Below, one piece after another: positions 29,450 through 37,264 of a stretch of 64,000 nt of DNA. The stretch comes from Caulobacterales bacterium (GTDB taxonomy: Bacteria > Pseudomonadota > Alphaproteobacteria > Caulobacterales > Caulobacteraceae). The translations under genes and the position numbers were made by a program. Below the pieces are notes generated by a model. It saw only the letters and a program-made list of their open reading frames with translations, was not told the DNA's origin and searched no databases. Where the stretch lies: assembly GCA_044445825.1 (NCBI GenBank), contig JBIOEG010000003.1:7267-71266 (forward strand), written 5' to 3'. Within the stretch, counting starts at the first letter, position 1. Each line of letters opens with the position of its first letter.

Positions 29450-29929
29450 ATGATGAATAGATTGTTGCCTTGCATGTCCTTGGTGCTGGCTTTGTTTGCC
29501 GGAGCGCCAGTGTTGGCGCAGGAGATGACCCGCGATGCGACCCAGGCTTGCGATGAGACCGCGGCGCTGGAAGGTCGCGGGTGCGTGCCCGTCGGCAACA
29601 GCCACCGCAACCCCGATGGCAGCATCACCGACCGCAATGGCGCCACCATCGACGGCGCGGACCGCAGGCCTTCGCAACCGTACGACATCTACGCCCGGCC
29701 CTTTGCGGACTTCCAGACCTCCGACTGGCGCTTCAACGCGATCATGAATCGCATCGCCAATAATCCAGGCGTCAACGCCTGCATCTCACCCGCGGAGCGC
29801 GAGTACATCTGGTACTACATGGGCGAACACCCCGAGATCGCGCAGTCCGTTCGCGATCATGACCTCACCGGGACCTGCCCTCGCGGGCCCTATGAAGCGG
29901 CGGACCTTCGGCCCCTCGGCGTGCGCTAG
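29450..29929 (+). CDS. Hypothetical secreted protein
   Basis: GAGGAGG RBS; signal peptide ending VLA-Q; four Cys in the mature part. Confidence 0.7.
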   Translation: MMNRLLPCMSLVLALFAGAPVLAQEMTRDATQACDETAALEGRGCVPVGNSHRNPDGSITDRNGATIDGADRRPSQPYDIYARPFADFQTSDWRFNAIMNRIANNPGVNACISPAEREYIWYYMGEHPEIAQSVRDHDLTGTCPRGPYEAADLRPLGVR

Positions 29930-30013
29930 GAAGTCGGAGGCGAAGAGCGACAGACCATCTGAGCGTCCCGACGCGCCTTCCCTGCGAACCGCCGGGTTCA
30001 GGGGCGGAATCCC

Positions 30014-30433
30014 CTAGGACTTCGCTTTCTTCCCAGGGTTCGACTTGCGGGGACCGTTGAAGGCGACCGCTTGGCGAACGAGCGCCTTGAAGGCGGACTC
30101 GTCAACTTCCTCTCCTTCGTGGATGTCGATGGCGCGGCGGGCGTTTCCGTCGAGACTCGCGTTGAAGAGTCGGGCCGGATCCTTCAGCGACGCGCCCTTG
30201 GCGAAGGTGAGCTTCACGACGGTCTTGTAGGATTCGCCGGTGCAGATGATGCCGTCGTGCGACCAGATCGGCGTGCCCATCCACTTCCATTCCTCCACGA
30301 CGTCAGGGTCTGCTTGCTTGATGAGCTTGCGCATCCTGCCGAGGGTGTCCCCACGCCAGTCCCCGAGTTCGGCGATTCTGTTCGAGATGAGCTCCGATGC
30401 CGACTGGCCCTGGCTCGCGCCTGACTTTTCCAT
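30014..30433 (-). CDS. DUF1801 (YdhG-like) domain protein
   Basis: [29 protein letters not shown] and RRAIDI. Confidence 0.88.
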   Translation of the reverse strand: MEKSGASQGQSASELISNRIAELGDWRGDTLGRMRKLIKQADPDVVEEWKWMGTPIWSHDGIICTGESYKTVVKLTFAKGASLKDPARLFNASLDGNARRAIDIHEGEEVDESAFKALVRQAVAFNGPRKSNPGKKAKS

Positions 30434-30772
30434 GGTCTGATCCTAGCGGGGCCCGCAATTTCACCCCCCAGCTGGTTGCGTATCAAGCCCGACGCCTGTT
30501 GCCGCGGCAAACGCAGAACAGCCGTGCCGTCCGGCAGGTGCGATTGCGACTTCAATGCATTCCATGGTAAGGGTTTTTGGGACGGCGCGGGCGTTAGTAA
30601 GTCACAGCGATTTCGACTGCAGCTGGTCTTTCCCGTTGATTTCAAGGGCGGGGGGCAAGCTCCGTGATCGAGTTCACAACCACGCGTCGCCGTGGCGCTC
30701 TGCCCTGCGGCGGTACGACGGCCTGACGGCCGCATTCATCCAAGTGCAACCCTCTGCGCGAGGACAGGTGAA

Positions 30773-31378
30773 ATGATGAAGGCAGGGTCATCAGTCTGGA
30801 AAGCCTTGCTGCTGTTCACCACGACGGCGGCCGCGTTGGGAGCGGTCCTAGGCCTCCCGGTGAAAAAAGCCTTGGCGGCGTCGCCACAAATGCCCCCAGG
30901 CCCCGTGGTCAATAGAGCACCAGCCCAGCTGGAGGTGATCCAGCCCAGATTTGTGAACGCCACGGCCGCAACGTTGCTCAGGATCGCGGACCAGGCGCTG
31001 TCGAACAACGCCCTGGCAGAGCGGATCTTCCGGGATCCGGACGGGGTGGCCGCGCAGTATCACCTTTCGAACAGCGAACGGCTCGTCCTGCGCCATATGG
31101 ACCAGACGCAGTTCCAGGTCGCGCGCGCCGATGCGGCCCGGCTTGTGGCGACCCGTCTGTCTTCCGGGAGGTCGATGCCGCCCGGCGCCACCGATGGCCG
31201 CCTGATTGGCGAGCGCATGATCGTCGGGCGCGCCATCCTCGCGGCGGTGGGCAGGTCCTATCGCGAGGCCGCGAGCGCGAACGCCTGCTGCCCCTGGAGC
31301 AAGGCCATCGAGGTGGGGGTCGGCGGCGATCCGGCAGCCTACAACGCAGGTTTCGCAAGGCCCTCCGGCGTCCGGTGA
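30773..31378 (+). CDS. Secreted hypothetical protein with an NHLP/Os1348-like helical segment and a single CC motif; candidate modified-protein precursor
   Basis: Signal peptide ending ALA-A; RIADQALSNNALAERIFRDPDGVAAQYHLSNSE resembles the NHLP-clan pattern; NACCPW near the C-terminus. Confidence 0.6.
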   Translation: MMKAGSSVWKALLLFTTTAAALGAVLGLPVKKALAASPQMPPGPVVNRAPAQLEVIQPRFVNATAATLLRIADQALSNNALAERIFRDPDGVAAQYHLSNSERLVLRHMDQTQFQVARADAARLVATRLSSGRSMPPGATDGRLIGERMIVGRAILAAVGRSYREAASANACCPWSKAIEVGVGGDPAAYNAGFARPSGVR

Positions 31379-31394
31379 GCGCTGGCGGCGCGGC

Positions 31395-32792
31395 ATGAGT
31401 GCGAGGCGGCGGACCGCATTCTGGTCGCCGGCGCAGGCGGCGGCGTCGCTGGTTCAACTCGCCTACCTCGAGCGGTCCCTCGCACACATCCTGGCGGGTT
31501 GGGCCGTCAAGATGCCGGCGTTCGACGCCAAGCGGGCGTTCGGCTTGCAGATGCATCGCGCGATGGACCGAGCCACAAACTTGCGTGGCCGGATCAACGG
31601 CCTTTGCCGTGCCACGGCAAGCGAGGCCACGGTTCCGGCGGGCTTGCGCTCGGTGCTGTCGCATATGGACCGCGCGCGGACACCGGCCCTGCTGGTCGCG
31701 GCGATTCACCGGTGGCTGTATCCGTGCCTGATCGAGCTATATGAGACGCACCTTCGCGAAACCGACCCCGATGGCGACCGCGCTTCCGTCGAACTCATCC
31801 GGTCATTTCTGACGCCGATGAAACAGGAGAGGCTCGAGGGCCTCTCCTTCTCAACCCGACGCGACGAACAAAAGACGTGGATTTGCGACATCGAAGAGCT
31901 GTGGAACGCGCGGGTGACGGGAGAGCCGCTGTTCCTCGCGAACGGGCTGTGGAGCCCCGTCGACCGCGTGCCCGCAGCAGCCCGGCCGGAGGCTTCGCGG
32001 TTTAGCGAGTCCGGCTCGCTCGGCCTGTTTCCCGTGGACCCGCTGCACGACCCGCGAGATATCGGCATGTCACTGCACAAGGAACTCGATGAAGAGTACG
32101 CCACGCTGGAGCTCATGGCTCGCAATTCCTATGAGCATCCCGACATGCCGTGGGCCTTCCACCGCGACATGGCCCGGCAGGCTTCCGATGAAGCAAGGCA
32201 TGCCATCATGATCTCGCGCCTGATGACAGCCCGCGGGGTTCGTCATGGCGATTTCGCACTCAGCACGTCGTCGTACGACGGCATTTACTCGTTCGAACCT
32301 TGCGAGGCCGGGAGCCGCAAGGAACTGCTTTGGCGCATCCTGATCCGCCAGACCTTCATGGAAGGGCTGGCGATCGACCATCTGGCGTATGAGATCGAGC
32401 GCCGCCGGTCCGTCGGCCAGACCGACATCGCGTCGGTGTTCGAGTACATACTTCGCGACGAAGTCTTTCATGCGCAGTCCGGGCTGCGCTGGTCACGGGA
32501 GCTTCTCGGATCCGATCCTGGGGTCGTGCTCAAAGAGCGGGCCGAGGCGATGCGGTATTTCACGGCGCGCGCCGAGGCGGCACGAGAATTCTTTGTGATG
32601 AACAACCTCGACGAAGCCATGCGGGAGTTGGCCACGATTGAAGCCAGCAAGGAGCGCAGGGGCGGAAAACTCCCGGAACGTCCGCTCTATCGGACTGGAC
32701 GCTTGCAGGCGGGCTATACCGAGGACGACATCCGCCAGGTCGTGTCCTGGGGTTACGCTGGCGACGAATCAACGCGTTTGGAAGACCCATAA
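31395..32792 (+). CDS. Ferritin-like di-iron protein (DUF455-like) with a degenerate N-terminal ferritin-like domain
   Basis: Ligand pattern EEYATLE / DEARH / MEGLA / DEVFH in the C-terminal half. Confidence 0.8.
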   Translation: MSARRRTAFWSPAQAAASLVQLAYLERSLAHILAGWAVKMPAFDAKRAFGLQMHRAMDRATNLRGRINGLCRATASEATVPAGLRSVLSHMDRARTPALLVAAIHRWLYPCLIELYETHLRETDPDGDRASVELIRSFLTPMKQERLEGLSFSTRRDEQKTWICDIEELWNARVTGEPLFLANGLWSPVDRVPAAARPEASRFSESGSLGLFPVDPLHDPRDIGMSLHKELDEEYATLELMARNSYEHPDMPWAFHRDMARQASDEARHAIMISRLMTARGVRHGDFALSTSSYDGIYSFEPCEAGSRKELLWRILIRQTFMEGLAIDHLAYEIERRRSVGQTDIASVFEYILRDEVFHAQSGLRWSRELLGSDPGVVLKERAEAMRYFTARAEAAREFFVMNNLDEAMRELATIEASKERRGGKLPERPLYRTGRLQAGYTEDDIRQVVSWGYAGDESTRLEDP

Positions 32793-32875
32793 CTGTCGGC
32801 GCGGCGGCGCGCGAACATGCCTGGCGCCGCGAGCCCTCCCCGCCTAGCTTGGCCGCCGGTCATCGGGGGATACGC

Positions 32876-33379
32876 ATGCGCCGACGCGTGGCGATGGTGC
32901 TGACCGCGGCGCTGCTGGCCGTCGCCGCCTGTTCGGTTCCGCCGATGAAGGAGTACGCCTACCCTCGCTGGGGCTTCGCGGTCTCGCTGCGCGCGGCGCC
33001 GCGCGTGACCGAGCGGGCGGCGTCGACCACTCCGACGCTGGCCGCCGCGATCAAGGTGCAGCTGTCCCAGGCCGGCCGGGTCTATACGGCCACGGCCTCC
33101 GACATCTCGACCTACACGGGCGGCGATGAGACCATGCTGGGCATGGTTCCGCGCGCCATGGCGGGCGCCGACGGCGCGGTGAGCACGGTGACCTATGTCG
33201 CCACCGGCAAGGTGGTGGGACGCGAGGCGATCGTCGAGCGGAAGGGCCAGGACAGGCAGCGGGTGCGGGTCTTTGTGCAGGGCAAGCGGCTCTACTCGAT
33301 CAGCGCCCAGTCCGTGCTCGGGCCGGACGATCCCGAGGTGACGGAGTTCCTGGACTCGTTCCGGCTGCTGGGCGGCTAG
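32876..33379 (+). CDS. Hypothetical lipoprotein
   Basis: MRRRVAMVLTAALLAVAAC lipobox; C-terminal FLDSFRL. Confidence 0.75.
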   Translation: MRRRVAMVLTAALLAVAACSVPPMKEYAYPRWGFAVSLRAAPRVTERAASTTPTLAAAIKVQLSQAGRVYTATASDISTYTGGDETMLGMVPRAMAGADGAVSTVTYVATGKVVGREAIVERKGQDRQRVRVFVQGKRLYSISAQSVLGPDDPEVTEFLDSFRLLGG

Positions 33380-33589
33380 GCTGGCGGGGGCGCCGACGAA
33401 GGGGAACCACGAAAAGCACGAACGCGCGCTTTGTGTCGGCGGCGGTTCGGTAGGACGCCGGGCCCTGGCCAAATCAGCACGCAAATGGTGACGTGACGCG
33501 CCCGGCCCGCGGGCCGGCCCTGGTCTTTGACATCGTGAAACGAATAGCGCGCGGCCGGTCACCGGCCGGCGCACAGCCACGTTCCCGAT

Positions 33590-33722
33590 CCCCCAATCCG
33601 AAATTCCCCGCGCAAGCGGGGACCCAGGCTTTTTTCCATCGGTGGGGCCGCGCGATGGTGGGCGGAAGGAACAAACAAAAACGCCTGGGTCCCCGCTTGC
33701 GCGGGGAATTTCGGATTGGGGG
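33590..33722. repeat. REP/BIME-like long inverted repeat with 40-bp perfect arms
   Basis: 33590-33629 is the exact reverse complement of 33683-33722; each arm contains a CCCCGC-GCAA-GCGGGG hairpin. Confidence 0.85.
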
Positions 33723-33759
33723 TAGTGGGAAAGCCTGGGGTGGGACCCGGTCCCCGCCC

Positions 33760-33956
33760 CACCTGATCCGCACCTGTTATGCATCGATAACAGGCCTGTT
33801 TGGCGCCTGTTATCACCTGTTATCACCTGTTCCTGAGCGATATCAGGTGGCCGCAAGCCATTGAACAATCACGGCTTCCAGACCGTAACAGGTGGAAAAA
33901 ACCGTGAAATAACAGGTGGAACAGGTGAATAACAGGTCGGAACAGGTCGGAACGGG
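33760..33956. repeat. Polarised array of CCTGTT/AACAGG motifs
   Basis: Five CCTGTT and six AACAGG copies, many spaced 9-11 bp apart. Confidence 0.85.
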
Positions 33957-33975
33957 CGGCGCGGCGGGCGCGGGT

Positions 33976-34857
33976 TCACGTGCCCCAGTCCGGCCCCGAC
34001 ACCGTGGAGCTGTAGACGCCGAGCTCGCTCATCCGGCGAATGTCGGCGCCCTTGGAGAGGCCCCAGGGGCCCACGCGCAGGCCTAGGGCCCGGGCTTCGG
34101 CCATGGTCTGCTGCGTCACCTCGGTGTAGTGCGGCGACCACTCCACGCCGCCGTGGGCCCGGATGGCGCGCAGCTCGGAGCCGCCGTGGTCGGCGGCGTC
34201 GCAGCCGTCCGCCCAGGGCGAGCGGCCGTCCGGCCCCAGGCGGACGGTGGACCTGAGCGCGTCGGGGATGGTCAGGTGGGCGGTCCTGACGCCCGGGTGG
34301 CGCTCGCGCGAAAGCCGCAGCACCTGCCAGTCGAAGGCGATGATCTTGGCGTGATCGAGGTAGTCGGCCGCCTCCAGGTCGCGCAACACCGCGCCCACGA
34401 TCGCCGCCGGCGGCGGGGCGTGGCGCGGGTTCTGCGGATCGGTCTTGATCTCCACGTAGATCAGCCGCCGGGGGCCGCGCGCCGCGGCCAGCGCCGCCAG
34501 CAGCTCCGGCAGGGTCGGGATGCGGACTTGGTCCATCTGTTCGCGCTCGGGGCGCCGCGCCGCATCCTTCGAGCCCGGGCGGGAGCGTCCGACGTCGTAG
34601 AGGCGCAACTCGTCGAGGCTCAGGGTCTTCAGCGGCGCGGAGGGCGCATCCAGCCAGGCCTCGCCCAGGCGTGTCTGGTCCGGGCTCAGGCGGTAGTCGT
34701 GATGGGCGACCACGTGGCCGTCGGCGGTGAGCTGCACGTCGATCTCGACGCCGTCGACCGGCGCATCCAGGCAACGAAGCGCGCCCTCCAGGCTGTTCTC
34801 CGGCCAGACGCCATAGCCGGTGGCGCCGGCGATCAGCAGGGGCTTGGATTGCGGCAT
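33976..34857 (-). CDS. Glycerophosphodiester phosphodiesterase family protein
   Basis: PENSLE, EIDVQLTADG..V..HD, IPTL.E and EIKT. Confidence 0.88.
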   Translation of the reverse strand: MPQSKPLLIAGATGYGVWPENSLEGALRCLDAPVDGVEIDVQLTADGHVVAHHDYRLSPDQTRLGEAWLDAPSAPLKTLSLDELRLYDVGRSRPGSKDAARRPEREQMDQVRIPTLPELLAALAAARGPRRLIYVEIKTDPQNPRHAPPPAAIVGAVLRDLEAADYLDHAKIIAFDWQVLRLSRERHPGVRTAHLTIPDALRSTVRLGPDGRSPWADGCDAADHGGSELRAIRAHGGVEWSPHYTEVTQQTMAEARALGLRVGPWGLSKGADIRRMSELGVYSSTVSGPDWGT

Positions 34858-34876
34858 GTTGGGTCGCGGCCGGGGT

Positions 34877-36070
34877 TCAGGCCTCTTCGGTCACCGCCCC
34901 GATTTCCGCCAGCACCTCGTCCGTGTGCCGGCCGATCGGCGGCGGGTCGCGGCGGATGCTCACCGGCGTCTTGGCGAAGCGCAGGCCGGGCCGCATGGCG
35001 CGGTAGGTCCCCTCGCCTTCCAGCTGGCGCTCCTCGAACAGGGTCTGCCTGAGCTGTGGATCGTCGAAGATCTCCTCCGAGCGGTTGGCGCGCATGGCGG
35101 GGATGTGGTGGGTGGCGCACAGCTCCATCCACTCCTCGGTGGTGTGACTGGCGGCGGCTTCGTCCATCATGGCGTGGTATTCGGCGACCCGCGCCTTGCT
35201 GCCGCTCTTCGAGAGGAAGCGCTCGCTCTCGTAGGCGTCCGGCAGTCCGCCCAGGGACATGAACCGCGCCGACTGCTCGCGGTTCGCCGGCGCAACGGAC
35301 AGATGACCGTCCCTGGTCTTCAGGGGGCGGCGATAGGGCGTCAGGGTGGTGGTGTGGCCGAAGTGGCCGGTGGGCGGGACGAAGGTCTCGCCGTAGAGGT
35401 GCTCGGCCATGATGTAGCCGGTGAAGGTCTCCAGCATCGGCACGCAGACATATTGGCCTTCGCCCGTGCGCTCCTTGTGGCGCAGCGCGGCGAGGGTGGC
35501 GATCACCGCGAAGAGGCCGCAGGTCTTGTCGGCGACGATGCTCGGCAGGGGCCTGAACGGCGCGGCATCCTCCACCAGTTCGCCCAGGCCGCAGGCGCCG
35601 CTGGCCGCCTGGATCAGGTCGTCGAACGCCTGACGGCCGGCGTAGGGGCCGGCCGGGTCGTAGCCCATGGCCTCCACATAGACGATGTCCGGCTTCACGG
35701 CCGCGACCTCGTCGTAGGCGAAACCCAGCCGCGCGATGGCTTCGGGACGCATGTTGTGGATGAACACGTCGGCGGTCGCCACCAACCGCCGCAGCGCGCG
35801 ACGGCCCGGCTCGTGCTTGAGGTCGAGGGCCACCGACCGCTTGTTGCGGTTGAGCGCCACGAACAGCGGGCCCATGGTCTTGGAGTTCGGCGCCCTCCCC
35901 GAGCCCCTTTGCCGGTCGCCCGACGGCTCCTCCACCTTGATCACGTCGGCGCCGAGGTCGCCCAGGGTCTGGGTGGCGTAGGGACCCAGCACGAACTGGG
36001 TCAGGTCCACGATCCGCACGCCCGCAAGCGGGCCGGACGCCCGCGAGGCCGCCTCAGGGGTCTTGCTCAT
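34877..36070 (-). CDS. CaiB/BaiF family (type III) CoA transferase
   Basis: PLAGVRIVDLT, GADVIKVE, LNRNKRS and AFDDLIQAASG; start at ATG 36070. Confidence 0.92.
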   Translation of the reverse strand: MSKTPEAASRASGPLAGVRIVDLTQFVLGPYATQTLGDLGADVIKVEEPSGDRQRGSGRAPNSKTMGPLFVALNRNKRSVALDLKHEPGRRALRRLVATADVFIHNMRPEAIARLGFAYDEVAAVKPDIVYVEAMGYDPAGPYAGRQAFDDLIQAASGACGLGELVEDAAPFRPLPSIVADKTCGLFAVIATLAALRHKERTGEGQYVCVPMLETFTGYIMAEHLYGETFVPPTGHFGHTTTLTPYRRPLKTRDGHLSVAPANREQSARFMSLGGLPDAYESERFLSKSGSKARVAEYHAMMDEAAASHTTEEWMELCATHHIPAMRANRSEEIFDDPQLRQTLFEERQLEGEGTYRAMRPGLRFAKTPVSIRRDPPPIGRHTDEVLAEIGAVTEEA

Positions 36071-36175
36071 CACTCGGTCTCTCCCAACGCCGTCGTTTTC
36101 CTGATCGGTAGGCGACGATCGCGTCCCGGTCCAGCGGGCTCGCGCACGGGGCTCGCCGCGCGGCACTGCGATCGC

Positions 36176-37264
36176 TCAACCGCGCGCCCGGGCCAGCGCC
36201 GCCGGAAAACTCGCGCCCTCGCGCTGGAATGCGTAGTCGCGCAGGCCGTCCACGGCCGTCCAGGTCGGGTGGTAGGGCGAGCCGTCGCCCCAGCTGCCGT
36301 CCCTGTGCTGCGTGCGCAGCAGGTAGCGGCTGGCCCTCTCGATGTCCGGGTCCTGGTCGCCGACACCGAAGCCCTTCAGGGAATCCATGAATTCGCCGAG
36401 CAGCTCGCCGTCGCCGCTCTGGATATTGGCGGAGATGTTCTGCTTGAGGAAAGCGAACTCATCAGGCAGCCAGTCAGGACGTAGGCGTAGGGCGCTGTAA
36501 TCATTGAGGGTGTAGACGATGTGGGTGACCGCATAGGCGATCGACTCAAAGTCCGGGTTGTCCCCGCCTTCGTAGCCGCGGTAGGGGCGCATGCGTGGCA
36601 ACAGGCCGGTCACCTCCGGGTAGCCGGCGCCGAGACGCACACCATAGCTCTCCCCGACAAAGGCCACGATCAGCGCGCTGGACAACACGTCGTACGGGCT
36701 CTGCATGTCCAGCTGGGCGCCGCAGTAGGCGCAGGTGCGCCGCCCCCGCACATTGTCGCGGCCGCATTGGCCGCAGGTGTCGGGTACATCGTCCGGCGGC
36801 GGCTCGCGAGCCGGGTCGAACCAGAAAAAGTCCTCGGCCTTGAACCGCGTCGCGGCGCGCGCCAGATCGTCGTGCATTCGTTCGTCGGGAGCGCCCAGCC
36901 GGTCGGCGCAGCGCGATGCGCCTGCGAACTCATAGACCTGGTCGGAGTTGGCGTCGGGCGGAACAACCGGATGGCTGCGGCGCCAGGCCAGGGCGCATCG
37001 CTGGCCCATCCGCCGCGCCGCGCTCGCGAGCACGGGGTCGGCCGCGGTCACCGAGATGTTGTAGAAGGCCCAAAGGTAGTCGTCGCCGTGATCGGCGAAG
37101 TTCTTCGGGACCTGGGCGGACCGGTAGATGGCGTCGAGCCCGCGGCGGGCGGCGCGTGTGCGGCGTTCGGGAGCGTCGGCCGCCGGCGCGCGCCGCGGAT
37201 CCGCGGCTGCGGCCACGCCCAGGGCAAGCGGCGCGAGCAGCAATCGGCGCCGGGTCGGCCTCAT
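36176..37264 (-). CDS. Tat-signal hypothetical protein with a zinc ribbon and a prenyltransferase/squalene-cyclase-like QW repeat
   Basis: MRPTRRRLLL; CGQC...CAYC; AYAVTHIVY; LLRTQHRDGSWG; ATG overlaps the upstream stop (ATGA). Confidence 0.72.
   Translation of the reverse strand: MRPTRRRLLLAPLALGVAAAADPRRAPAADAPERRTRAARRGLDAIYRSAQVPKNFADHGDDYLWAFYNISVTAADPVLASAARRMGQRCALAWRRSHPVVPPDANSDQVYEFAGASRCADRLGAPDERMHDDLARAATRFKAEDFFWFDPAREPPPDDVPDTCGQCGRDNVRGRRTCAYCGAQLDMQSPYDVLSSALIVAFVGESYGVRLGAGYPEVTGLLPRMRPYRGYEGGDNPDFESIAYAVTHIVYTLNDYSALRLRPDWLPDEFAFLKQNISANIQSGDGELLGEFMDSLKGFGVGDQDPDIERASRYLLRTQHRDGSWGDGSPYHPTWTAVDGLRDYAFQREGASFPAALARARG

Noticed and set aside
33760-33956. CRISPR array
   Set aside because: Units are 6-10 bp with no 25-45-bp spacers, orientations are mixed, and there are no cas genes
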